From Eledone cirrhosa (taxonomy: Eukaryota), in contig OZ024759.1 in NCBI GenBank assembly GCA_964016885.1, positions 17,050,001 to 17,114,000 of the forward strand: a stretch of 64,000 nucleotides of DNA, written 5' to 3'. Under the pieces are notes generated by a model that saw only the letters and a list, made by a program, of their open reading frames with translations, was not told the DNA's origin and did not search any database. This document shows positions 42,886 to 55,305 of the stretch, in pieces (within the stretch, counting starts at the first letter, position 1; each line of letters begins with the position of its first letter). Position numbers and translations under genes: made by a program.

Positions 42886-43260
42886 ACGATATTAATAAAT
42901 GGAAACTATATTTATAAAACCATATTTATTTCATTATACATATTTCAAGGATACCATGTTAAATTATGGTGTGCCTTCATCAGACAAAATACAATATATA
43001 CCAGTTTTATAAATAAACATTGAAAGGGTACGTCAATGTTTATTTATAAAACTGGTATATATTGTATTTTGTCTGATGAAGGCATACCATAATTTAACAT
43101 GGTATCCTTAAAATATGTATAATGAAATAAATATGGTTTTATAAATATAGTTTCCATTTATTAATATCGTATATTTACTCCAAATACTTGTCGAGTGCTT
43201 TATATCAGTTATAAAAATATTTGCTTGTTGTATCCCAACAATTTAAATAGAACTTTTGCA
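42886..43260. mobile_element. Fold-back HHR-bearing element (Penelope pLTR/retrozyme-like)
   Basis: Inverted arms at 42886-43023 and 43033-43170, plus a single-copy tail to 43260. Flanked by (TA)n. Confidence 0.7.
42927..42991 (-). ncRNA. Type I hammerhead ribozyme (family A), intact core
   Basis: tattttgt CTGATGA aggcacaccat..atggtatcctt GAAA tatgta TA|atgaaata on the minus strand. The mirror copy at 43065-43129 (+) has GAAA->AAAA at 43110. Confidence 0.7.
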
Positions 43261-43268
43261 TATATATA

Positions 43269-44525
43269 TCATCATCATCATCATCATCAACGTTTAACGT
43301 CCGTGTTCCACGCTTGCATGGGTTTGGACGGGGGTATTCCCACTTGAAGCAAGAGTGATTGTCTTGCTCGCATAGGACTGTCTGGCGGGTTTTCTACAGC
43401 TGGATGCCCTTCCTAACACCAACCACATTTACAGTGTGGGTCTGGGAGGTTTTTACCGTGTTGCCTACACGGCCACATTACAGCGTGGACTGTGTGTTTT
43501 TTTGTCGTGACACCTACACGATCTCATTTGTTTCGGCCTGGATGGTGTGGCACCAACATAACTTTACATAGGAGGGGGTGGTGTGGATGGGGTGGGGGTG
43601 GTGGGACGGGGGTGTATTTTGTTAGAGATGCCTACTGGCTGTAGTAGGTTTTACTATGTATTTAGGTAAGGCGGATCTTCTCTATTACTGAGTACCGCCA
43701 AAGGTCTCGGTCCAGTGACATTGTCTTGGAGAGGTGTAAGTGTGTGAGGTCGGAGTTTATCAGCTCGTCCCAGGTTTTTCTAGGTCTGTCTATTCCGTGG
43801 CTACCGTCTATCTTTATTGCCCTGCTCTTTGTTATACAGCTATCGACTTTCATGCGCATCACGTGTCCATACCAACGTAGCCTTCTCTCGAGTAAACAAC
43901 ATCTGATCCCTCTTATTTCTAATTTTTTCCTTAGTTCGTTTATGCTTTGCCGTTCACGTATATTACTATTACACATCCAGCGGAGCATGCAAGCTTTGTT
44001 CCTCTCTAGTCTGCGTATATCCTCTGCACACAATGCCCAGGTCTCACTGCCATGCAACATTGCTGTTCGTATGCAGGCATCATACAACCTGCCTTTCATT
44101 TTTAGGGAGAACCCTTTAGCGGCTAATAGTGGTATAAGCTCTCTGAACTTTTTCCATCCAGTTCTGACTCTAGCTACTGTACTTTCAGAGCACCCTCCCC
44201 CACTGCTGATTTTGTCACCCAGGTAACGGAAGCTGTCCACTATTTCTATAGAGCCCTCTGCGCAGTTGTAAGAGCTAGTATTTTGTGGGTACTTGCTGCT
44301 ACTTATTGCACCAGAGCACCGCCCACATGTAAAATCTATGTTCTTAGTTAGCTTACCTGTGATCCCACTACATCTTTTATGCACCCATACTTTGCATTTG
44401 GGACATAAAATGGAGTTTCTACCTACGCCTTTCCTACACACTGAGCATGGCCATTTCCTGGAAGGGACCGCCGCCTTATTTTCTTTCCTACAAACTAGAA
44501 CTTTAGTCTTAGCCAGGTTAATTTT
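43269..44525 (-). mobile_element. 5'-truncated RTE-type LINE (RT C-terminal part, Cys/His finger, 3'UTR, (GAT)n tail)
   Basis: The ORF at 43662-44525 contains KINLAKTKVL, FRYLGDKI, KGRLYDACIRTAMLHGSETW, RRLRWYGHVMR and RPRKTW, which are RTE-clade motifs. Confidence 0.9.
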
Positions 44526-44574
44526 ATATATACGATATATTAACAAAAGGAAACTATATTTATAAAACCATATT

Positions 44575-44639
44575 TATTTCATTATACATATTTCAAGGGC
44601 ACCAAGTTAAATTATGGTGTGCTTTCATCAGATAAAATA
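44575..44639 (-). ncRNA. Type I hammerhead ribozyme (family A), intact core
   Basis: Left arm of the fold-back element. CTGATGA at 44625-44631 (-), followed by GAAA tatgta TA|atgaaata. Confidence 0.72.
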
Positions 44640-44776
44640 TAATATAGAGCAGCCTTATAAATAAATATTGACATACCCTTAAAGAATGCGACCATTTCTG
44701 TTGGAAGCGCCCGGATAGAAATGGTTGCATTCTTTAAGGGTATGTCAATATTTATTTATAAAACTGCTCTATATTA

Positions 44777-44841
44777 TATTTTATCTGATGAAAGCACACC
44801 ATAATTTAACTTGGTGTCCTTGAAATATGTATAATGAAATA
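44777..44841 (+). ncRNA. Type I hammerhead ribozyme (family A), intact core
   Basis: tattttat CTGATGA(44785-91) aagcacacca taatttaact tggtgtcctt GAAA(44822-25) tatgta TA|atgaaata. Confidence 0.75.
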
Positions 44842-46015
44842 AATATGGTTTTATAAATATAGTTTCCATTTGTTAATATATCGTATTTTTTACTCCAATA
44901 ATTTGTTGAGTGCTTTATATCAGTTATAAAAATATTTGCTTGTTGTATCCCAACAATTTAAATAGAACTTCTACATATATATATATATATATGAATGTAT
45001 TTATATATATATATATATACAGACACACACACACAAGCATGGCAGTACTTATTCAATTACACTTTATTGATCACCAATATTTACTTTCTCATGAAATGTC
45101 CAGTGCTATACAGCCACCTTATCTTGTTGATATGGTTCTTTTGTTAGGTGGGAGGAATGTGGGGTTTATGATCAATAAACAATCAATATATTGTCTTCTT
45201 ATGACAATTGTATAATGGAGTATATTGATCACATGGAAACCAATTATACACTAGTGATTTGGTGAGTCTACAGGATAGTTCTCACCTGTCCTTCCTCACC
45301 TTGATTGATCTTTGGTTTGCAGGGAGGTCACCAGTGGATATTTAATTCATGGGTGATCAATTATTCTCACTCTTTGATCAGTACTTAATATCATACAATG
45401 AATGGTATTGTACAATGAATGGTATTGTTTATGTGTCTGTGTCATCATCATGAGCATCAGCATTTTTATGGCTGTTATTTACACATATCATCATCATCAT
45501 CGTCACCGTTTAACGTCCATTTATCGATGCTAGCATGGGTTAGACGAGTTGTCCTATTTGAGGGAAGTCAGATCAAATGGCTGCGTCTTACTCAAATAGA
45601 ACTGTTTCCGGTTTGGTTTCTATGATTGTATGCCCTTCCTAATGCCAACCACATTTACAGTGTGTGCTGGGTGCTTTTTGTCATGTCACCTATACAACCA
45701 CTTCACAGTGTAGACTGGCTGCTTCTTATCGTGGCATCAAAACGACCACTTTACAGCTGACCTTCTTATACTCCCTATGAAGGGAGTGGCAGGACATCAC
45801 CATTTCCTCTGCTAGTAAAGAATAGATGGATCTGACAGTGTCTCACCACACATCGGAATCCTCATTGTCAGACACACACAATATATGTCTGTATGGACCC
45901 ATAACTACTGATGGGATGGGGTGTCATAAGAGTATCAGTGTGACATAAAGAATTTCTTGGGCATCTTAAAACTGAACCCAAACAATTTCTTCTTCTTATT
46001 ATTATTATTATGAGA

Positions 46016-46143
<128 letters not shown>

Positions 46144-46377
46144 ATCAACCCCAGCACTGGTCTGGTACATCCTTTTTTAACACCCTTGAAAGTATGAAAG
46201 GCAAAGTTGACTGCAAAGGGATTTGAACTCAAACTGCAGACATCTGGAAAGAATACAGCAAAGCATTCTAACTGATGTTCTAACGATTCTGCCAATTCAC
46301 CACCAATGCAATATAGCAACAGAGAAAACCAGCCAAGTTTGTTGTTTAGATATTATAGCATGATCTAATGCCACAGT

Positions 46378-47655
46378 AAAATGCACCCAGTACACTCTGT
46401 AAAGTGGTAGTGCTGGTGACACAATGACATGCACCCAGCCTACTCTATAAAGTGGTAGTACTGGTGCCATGATAAAATACACCCAGTTCACTCTGTAAAG
46501 TGGTAGTGCTGGTGCCATGATAAAATACACCCAGTTCACTCTGTAAAATGGTTGTGCTGGTGTCATGATAAACTACACCCAGGTCACTCTGTAAAATGGT
46601 TGTGCTGGTGCCATGATAAAATACACCCAGTTCACTCTGTGAAGTGGTAGTGCTGGTGCCATGATAAAATACACCCAGTTCACTCTGTAAAATGGTTGTG
46701 CTGGTGCCATGATAAAATACACCCAGTTCACTCTGTGAAGTGGTAGTGCTGGTGCCATGATAAAATACACCCAGTTCACTCTGTAAAGTGGTAGTGCTGG
46801 TGCCATGATAAAATACACCCAGTTCACTCTGTAAAATGGTTGTGCTGGTGTCATGATAAACTACACCCAGGTCACTCTGTAAAATGGTTGTGCTGGTGCC
46901 ATGATAAAATACACCCAGTTCACTCTGTGAAGTGGTAGTGCTGGTGCCATGATAAAATACACCCAGTTCACTCTGTAAAATGGTTGTGCTGGTGCCATGA
47001 TAAAATACACCCAGTTCACTCTGTGAAGTGGTAGTGCTGGTGCCATGATAAAATACACCCAGTTCACTCTGTAAAATGGTTGTGCTGGTGCCATGATAAA
47101 ATGCACCCAGTTCACTCTGTAAAGTGGTAGTGCTGGTGCCATGATAAAATACACCCAGTTCACTCTGTAAAATGGTTGTGCTGGTGCCATGATAAAATAC
47201 ACCCAGTTCACTCTGTAAAATGGTTGTACTGGTGCCATGATAAAATACACCCAGTTCACTCTGTAAAGTGGTAGTGCTGGTGCCATGATAAAATACACCC
47301 AGTTCACTCTGTAAAATGGTTGTGCTGGTGCCATGATAAAATACACCCAGTTCACTCTGTGAAGTGGTAGTGCTGGTGCCATGATAAAATACACCCAGTT
47401 CACTCTGTAAAGTGGTAGTGCTGGTGCCATGATAAAATACACCCAGTTCACTCTGTAAAGTGGTTGTACTGGTGCCATGATAAAATACACCCAGTTCACT
47501 CTGTAAAATGGTTGTGCTAGTGCCATGATAAACTACACCCAGTTCACTCTGTAAAATGGTTGTGCTGGTGCCATGATAAAATACATCTAGTACACTGTAA
47601 AGTGACAGTGCTGGTGTCACAGTAATATACACCCAATTCACTCTGTAAAGTGACA
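46378..47655. repeat. 48-bp minisatellite
   Basis: cacccagttcactctgtaaa(g/a)tggt(a/t)gtgctggtgccatgataaaata, about 26 copies. Confidence 0.95.
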
Positions 47656-47780
47656 GAGTGTCAGTACTACAACAACACGCACCTCGTACACTAAGTCCCC
47701 CATACACTAATCAGCCACCCCAACCTTTACGCAATGCCCAGCCAAATCCCAACAAAGAGCTATAATTTCACACCTATCTC

Positions 47781-49346
47781 CCTTCCATATTGCCCTTTAT
47801 CTCCACAATCAAGGAGTTAATATAGTTTAGGGATTGTAACGTCAAGTTACTATAGATTCACCATCAAAAAGTCTTATTAGGAAAGAAAGTTCGACGTGTT
47901 GGGCAGCTCTTCTTCAGGAGTAAAAGAAAAAAGAAAATAGAGAGAAGATCACAAAGGATAGATACAGAATATAAAAGGTAGTCAAAGTAAAATAGAAAAA
48001 CAAAAACGAAAATAAAGAGAGTAAACAACACAAACTATTAGCCTTCCATATTGCCCTTTATCTCCACAATCAAGGAGTTAATATAGTTTAGGGATTGTAA
48101 CGTCAAGTTACTATAGATTCACCATCAAAAAGTCTTATTAGGAAAGAAAGTTCGACGTGTTGGGCAGCTCTTCTTCAGGAGTAAAAGAAAAAAGAAAATA
48201 GAGAGAAGATCACAAAGGATAGATACAGAATATAAAAGGTAGTCAAAGTAAAATAGAAAAACAAAAACGAAAATAAAGAGAGTAAACAACACAAACTATT
48301 AGCCTTCCATATTGCCCTTTATCTCCACAATCAAGGAGTTAATATAGTTTAGGGATTGTAACGTCAAGTTACTATAGATTCACCATCAAAAAGTCTTATT
48401 AGGAAAGAAAGTTCGACGTGTTGGGCAGCTCTTCTTCAGGAGTAAAAGAAAAAAGAAAATAGAGAGAAGATCACAAAGGATAGATACAGAATATAAAAGG
48501 TAGTCAAAGTAAAATAGAAAAACAAAAACGAAAATAAAGAGAGTAAACAACACAAACTATTAGCCTTCCATATTGCCCTTTATCTCCACAATCAAGGAGT
48601 TAATATAGTTTAGGGATTGTAACGTCAAGTTACTATAGATTCACCATCAAAAAGTCTTATTAGGAAAGAAAGTTCGACGTGTTGGGCAGCTCTTCTTCAG
48701 GAGTAAAAGAAAAAAGAAAATAGAGAGAAGATCACAAAGGATAGATACAGAATATAAAAGGTAGTCAAAGTAAAATAGAAAAACAAAAACGAAAATAAAG
48801 AGAGTAAACAACACAAACTATTAGCCTTCCATATTGCCCTTTATCTCCACAATCAAGGAGTTATTATAGTTTAGGGATTGTAACGTCAAGTTACTATAGA
48901 TTCACCATCAAAAAGTCTTATTAGGAAAGAAAGTTCGACGTGTTGGGCAGCTCTTCTTCAGGAGTAAAAGAAAAAAGAAAATAGAGAGAAGATCACAAAG
49001 GATAGATACAGAATATAAAAGGTAGTCAAAGTAAAATAGAAAAACAAAAACGAAAATAAAGAGAGTAAACAACACAAACTATTAGCCTTCCATATTGCCC
49101 TTTATCTCCACAATCAAGGAGTTAATATAGTTTAGGGATTGTAACGTCAAGTTACTATAGATTCACCATCAAAAAGTCTTATTAGGAAAGAAAGTTCGAC
49201 GTGTTGGGCAGCTCTTCTTCAGGAGTAAAAGAAAAAAGAAAATAGAGAGAAGATCACAAAGGATAGATACAGAATATAAAAGGTAGTCAAAGTAAAATAG
49301 AAAAACAAAAACGAAAATAAAGAGAGTAAACAACACAAACTATTAG
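47781..49346. repeat. Six near-perfect tandem copies of a 261-bp unit
   Basis: Units start at 47781, 48042, 48303, 48564, 48825 and 49086. I noticed only one substitution (copy 5, ~48864). Confidence 0.97.
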
Positions 49347-49367
49347 TGTCGACATTACAGGTGAATG

Positions 49368-50288
49368 GGCATACGTCAAAACGGCCGGTCTCAAAAGTGA
49401 AACTAATTTTTGACAGTTACGTACACGTTGTAAGAGTTATTTAAATTTATATATATAAAATAAAGGAGCAAATAAGAGCATGATGTGAAGTCAGTCATGT
49501 GTGTGTGTGTGTAAACGAATGTAAAAGTACACACACATATACTTATATATGCACACATACACACTATAATATATACACGTGCGTGTGTATATATGTGTGT
49601 GTGTGTGTAAACGAATGTAAAAGTACACACACATATACTTATATATGCACACATACACACTATAATATATACACGTGTGTGTGTATATATGTGTGTGTGT
49701 GTGTAAACGAATGTAAAAGTACACACACATATACACTTATATATGCACACATACACACTATAATATATACACGTGCGTGTGTATATATGTGTGTGTGTGT
49801 GTAAACGAATGTAAAAGTACACACACATATACACTTATATATGCACACATACACACTATAATATATACACGTGCGTGTGTATATATGTGTGTGTGTGTGT
49901 AAACGAATGTAAAAGTACACACACATATACACTTATATATGCACACAAACACACTATAATATATACACGTGCGTGTGTATATATGTGTGTGTGTGTGTAA
50001 ACGAATGTAAAAGTACACACACATATACACTTATATATGCACACATACACACTATAATATATACACGTGTGTGTGTGTAAAATTCTAGGTAACCTTATCT
50101 ATGCCCTACATATATTCTTTTACATTCGTTTACACACACATATACACACACACACACATGACTGACTTCACATCATGCTCTTATTTGCTCCTTTATTTTA
50201 TATATATAAATTTAAATAACTCTTATAACGTGTACGTAACTGTCAAAAATTAGTTTCACTTTTCAGACCGGCCGTTTTGACGTATGCC
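49368..50288. mobile_element. Non-autonomous TIR DNA transposon, Merlin-like
   Basis: TIRs of ~160 bp starting GGCATACGTCAAAACGGCCGGTCT. Exact 8-bp TSD ggtgaatg at 49360-67 and 50289-96. Contains six internal 96-98 bp tandem repeats. Confidence 0.8.
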
Positions 50289-50962
50289 GGTGAATGTATG
50301 TGTATGTTATATATATATCCATAGGTGTATGTGCGTTTTTTGTTGGTCTGTATAAACTGTAAGAGTGTATATTTCAGACCATAACAGAGCCATAGGCACC
50401 TAGGGGGTGAAAGTATGCGCGTGTGTGTGACAACGGATGGGGTAATGGTGACGGTGGCAAGGGGTAGAGAAGTAAGCACGAGCATAGGTTTGAAAGATTA
50501 AAGAAATTGAGGAGGTGAGTTGAGTCCATCGTGGAAACTGGACAGAAGGCAGAAAATCAGACTCTACTCTGTCCTGGTGCCCGAGGCCTGTGATCCGTGA
50601 CGTAAAAGGACAACAAGGACTGAGACATGTAGGGAAGAGTGACCTGGGGAACGGAATACCAATATATATATACACACGGATATAACATTTCATTTCAATG
50701 TGAATTTAAGAATAAAGAGACATAACTTACTATAATAACCATCATTTCAAGGGAGGTAATTCTGGTTTTACGTTCTCTATCGCGTTGCTCGACCTTTTAA
50801 AAATAGCAGCCAAATAATATCGTACAAGTTAAACAAAAAACAAAAAAACCAACTACTTCACTGTGGTTATATTAAAGACAATTATTATTATCAAAATAAA
50901 TGATAATAATAATTATAGTTATTATAAACCAAAACAGAAACCATTATTATTTTTATTGTTAC

Positions 50963-51937
50963 TTTTATATATCAGTCACTGATGTTATTTAACTGGAAAA
51001 TAAAGTACCAGTAATGTACTGTACTGGTTAATTGCTGGCCTTGTGCCTAAAGTAGAAACAGTTATTTAACTGGAAAATTTGCCCTAATGAACATCAAGCT
51101 GCTACGTGCAGCCTCTGATATTCAGGACATATTAGCAGGTCTTTGCTCTTCCCAGTAGCCTTTTGGATTGTTCCAGCCTTGGAAGCTCTTCAAGATAATG
51201 ACCTTGATCTCATGATCCAAACCTTTTCAGTTCCCATTTTAGATCCTGGCAACAGTTAATTTTTTCCTATCTCAATAAAAAAAACTTTATCGACTCCAGA
51301 TCAATAACAATTCAAATTAACAGATGTATGTATATATATATAGAGAGAGAAATGACCATATATCTTATGAGAATACACAGTTTCTTGTAATATATACAAA
51401 GCACATATTTCAAGGTAAAATATGTACTCTAGATGGAAACAATAAAGATTCTTAATAGCGCTATTTCATGATTCGAAGTACCATAATTCTGGTACTTCGA
51501 ATCATGAAATTGCGTGGTTAGGAATTTTATTTTTTCCATCTAGAGTACATATTTTTCCTTGAAATATGTGCTTTGTATTTTCATAAGAAATATGGCCCTT
51601 CATCATCACTATATATATACATCTGTTAATTTGAATTGTTATTGATCTGGAGTCCATAAAGTTTTTTTATTGAGATAGGAAAAAATTAACCGTTGCCAGC
51701 ATCTAAAATGGGAACTGAAAAGGATTTGGAACTGTCATGAGATCAAGGTCATCCCCATCGGCATATGAGTTCTAGCTATTATCTTGAAGAGCTTCCAAGG
51801 CTGGAACAATCCAAAAGGCTACTGGGAAGAGCAAAGACCTGCTAATATGTCCTGAATATCAGAGGCTGCATGTAGCAGCTTGATGTTCATTAGGGCAAAT
51901 TTTCCAGTTAAATAACATCAGTGACTGATATATAAAA
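50963..51937. repeat. ~1-kb imperfect palindrome
   Basis: Arms at 50963-51483 and 51490-51937 are reverse complements, centred on gaagtacca-taattc-tggtacttc. Confidence 0.9.
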
Positions 51938-52932
51938 TATATTACTTTTTACATCCGTTTTTCCCATGCATCAGTTGGATGGGTTCTATTCAGCAAACCA
52001 CTGTGTTCCTTTGTCATCTACACTGTAAGTTTCAGTGATTTGAGATCAGCTCTCACTACCTCTGCCCATGTCTCCCTTGGTCTTCTTCTTCTGTGGCTTC
52101 CTTCCACTGGGATCTCTTGGCACATTTTCACCCAGCAATCACCATCCAAGCAGATCACACACACTTATATATATATATATATGCATGCACGAATGTTTCA
52201 AAGCTAGAATTAATTTTGTAATGAAAAATTCATTTGAAATGCTTTTATTCTAAACACTTAATTCAGCAGTTTAAAACCTGGGGCTTGTGCACCTAAAGGT
52301 TGAACTGGTGGTCTACAGCTCAATTGATAGAACTGCAACCCTAAAAGCAGAACTGGAAGTTACCCTATTGGTAGAACTGGGGTGAGGTGGGGCATGAGTT
52401 AAGTTCAATATTTTAATTAATTGGATAAAAATATAATGTATGTGTGTCAAATCCAATCCAATCTAATTCAGGGCCTTCTCACTCATGTTGGAGGAATCCC
52501 TCCTTGGTTGGGCTCCACTGCTTTCTGTTTGGTTTTGGTCATGTCAGGAGTGTAGCCATACTCACCATGCTTGATAAATTGTAGGCTATTTAACCCATAG
52601 ATAGAGTGATAGGTCGTTGACTCTGAGGAGATTATCCAACCTTTTAACAGCTCTTGTTTTTCGTGCTGCTGGGGTTCCACTCACCCTCCTCACCTGACCT
52701 GAGTCTGGTGGGGGAGCCGGTTTAGTCGCCGACCACTCGACCATGAAGCAGGTTGTACTGGGTTACATGGTACCAGTAGCAGGACAAAGCCTGGCCTGAC
52801 AATGTATGTATGGACCCGTAATACTTAGTGGTGTCAAGGCGTGCCAGAGTAACATACACCGTATCTTGGGCATTGTAAACCTGTCAGAACCCACCCTGTC
52901 TCCAGGTTTGAATGCAATTTCTTCTTCTTCTT

Positions 52933-53004
<72 letters not shown>

Positions 53005-53925
53005 GAATCAATCCAAGTACTGGACTTGAAAGGTTGAAAGGAAAAGTTGACTTCAGTGGGATTTGATATCCGAGTATAGATAACCGGAACTTTGTTTATA
53101 TATTGTCCAACTTAGTCACTGGGGAGGACACAGAATATGTGACGAAAGAGCTTTGACAATATATAAACAACCATCCAGTTATCGAACCAACCAGAAATTT
53201 ATAATAAATTGAAGTGAAAACCAACAGGTGCGTGTGTTTTTATTGGCAGCATGACCCTACCAAAGTGTAACAATATCTGTTTCAACACACGTTTTCAGAT
53301 AAGAAATCTTACAAAACAAATTAAAAAACGAAGTATATATATATATATAGTATTTATTCTTTATCATTAACATTAATATAAAAAATAATAATCATGTATA
53401 ATTAATAAATTTTTTTTTACCCGAAATTTTTTTAGTGAATTGCTTCAGGTGAAAGTCCAGCCCTGTATGACATTCTACTTTAACTCTAATATAAACATTT
53501 TTGAATGCTACCAACTTGTCTATTTTTACTACTTCTTTGCTACTAACTTATCTATTTTTATCATAATGAATGCCATTTTTAACATTCTGTATGTAATAAA
53601 CTTGATATATTCACTTTCTGCCTTACCTCACACATGCTTTTATTAATATAATAATAATAATAATGAAATTATTGTGTACAGTGCTCAGGTGCACTACAAC
53701 TCATCAAAGGTGCATGTATAGTACATAGAATAATGTACAAATGTCAGGAAAATGAACAGTGTACGAGTCATGATATAATAACAATAACAATAATGAAATA
53801 TTGTGTACAGTGCCCAGGTGCACCACAACTCATCAAAAAAGTGCATGTACAGTACATAGGGCAATGCACAAACATCAGTAAAATGAACAGTGCACGAGTC
53901 ATGATACACACATGTATTATGTATA

Positions 53926-54555
53926 CTAGCAGAAAAACCACCTTTCGGGTGGTTTTCTGCTAGCATGTGTAGTGTGTATATTGATATTATATGCAAGTAT
54001 ATATACATGTAGATATGATACATCAAATAAAATCGTAATTGACAATATACACAGAAATTGAACGAAGACGTTGTTACACTGTCTTATGTAATCAGTAACG
54101 TAATCCATGATACATCAAATAAAATCGTAATTGACAAAATAAACAGAAATTGAACGAAGACTGTGTTACACTATCTTATGTAATCAGTAACGTAATCCAT
54201 GATACATTAAAAAAAGACGATATTATATATAAACTGCATTAGGAGAAAATTAGTGACAGAAAATTAGTATGTTTATTTAAGTGATCACCAGTGGAAGTGT
54301 TGACATCACACACTCTCTCTTTCTATATATATGGTAGTTGAAGTGGCAACGATATACCGGACGTGCAACTTTGAAAAGAAGTCAATTTTAAATTATTTAT
54401 TTTTACGAAATTATTTTTGTTTACGAAATTTAGTAGATAAATTATGTAATATTCATTCATTATTTATTCAAAGTAATCCAACTTATTTTACAAACGGGAT
54501 AAAAATAAAAAAAACCGTACGCAGTCCCGCAGACCTTCCTTTATTATAGTTTAGA
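53926..54555 (-). mobile_element. Non-autonomous Helitron-like element
   Basis: Minus strand starts a|TCtaaactataataaagg and ends with hairpin ccacc-cgaaa-ggtgg ~9 nt before CTAG|t (A/T target, no TSD). Internal ~92-bp direct repeat. Confidence 0.55.
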
Positions 54556-54677
54556 TTTTGTTTCATATACCCTTATTATAACACCTTTCAATGCTATGAT
54601 ATATTTTTACTGTAATATGTATTTGCTTGTTATCTTTTTGCACCTGTATTACCTTTATGCATAACTTTCTTTATAAT

Positions 54678-55305
54678 ATCATCATCATCATCATCATCAA
54701 CGTTTAACGTCCGTGTTCCACGCTTGCATGGGTTTGGACGGGGGTAGTCCCACTTGAGGCAAGAGTGATTTTCTTGCTCGCATAGGACTGTCTGGCAGCT
54801 TTTCTACAGTTGGATGCCCTTCCTAACACCAACCACATTTACAGTGTGGGTCTGGGAGGTTTTTACCGTGTTGCCTACACGGCCACATTACAGCGTGGAC
54901 TGTGTGTTTTTTTGTCGTGACACCTACACGATCTCATTTGCCTCGGCCTGGATGGCGCGGCACCAACACAACTTTACATAGAGCGGGGTGGTGTGGGTGG
55001 GGTGGGGGTTGTGGTGGTGGGACGGGGTGTATTTTGTTAGAGATGCCTACTGGCAAGGCGGGTCTTCTCTATTACTGAGTACCGCCAAAGGTCTCGGTCC
55101 AGCGACACTGCCTTGGTGAGGTGTGTGTGAGGTCGGTGTTTATCAGCTCGTCCCAGGTTTTTCTGGGTCTGCCTATTCCGTGGCTACCGTCTATCTTTAT
55201 TGCCCTGCACTTTGTTATACAGCTATCATCCTTCATGCGCATCACGTGACCATACCAACGTAGCCTTCTCTCTAGTAAACAACATCTGATCCCTCTTATT
55301 TCTAA
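54678..55305 (-). mobile_element. RTE LINE 3' fragment
   Basis: Matches 43269-43925. A further 3'UTR-only copy lies at 58070-58438 (+). Confidence 0.85.

Larger units (their letters stand above)
44532..44973. mobile_element. Fold-back HHR-bearing element (Penelope pLTR/retrozyme-like)
   Basis: Inverted arms at 44532-44701 and 44715-44884, plus the same tail as the 43171-43260 copy. Confidence 0.7.

Noticed and set aside
46445-47707. 420-aa ORF with 16-aa repeats (YHGTSTTxLQSELGVF)
   Set aside because: It is the translation of a 48-bp minisatellite, open only because the unit is a multiple of 3. The monomer derives from retroelement UTR sequence and there is no splice context.
47781-49346. 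Array as an active retrozyme or a 5S/snRNA cluster
   Set aside because: The HHR core is broken in every unit (AACA for GAAA), and I see no similarity to 5S rRNA or snRNAs.
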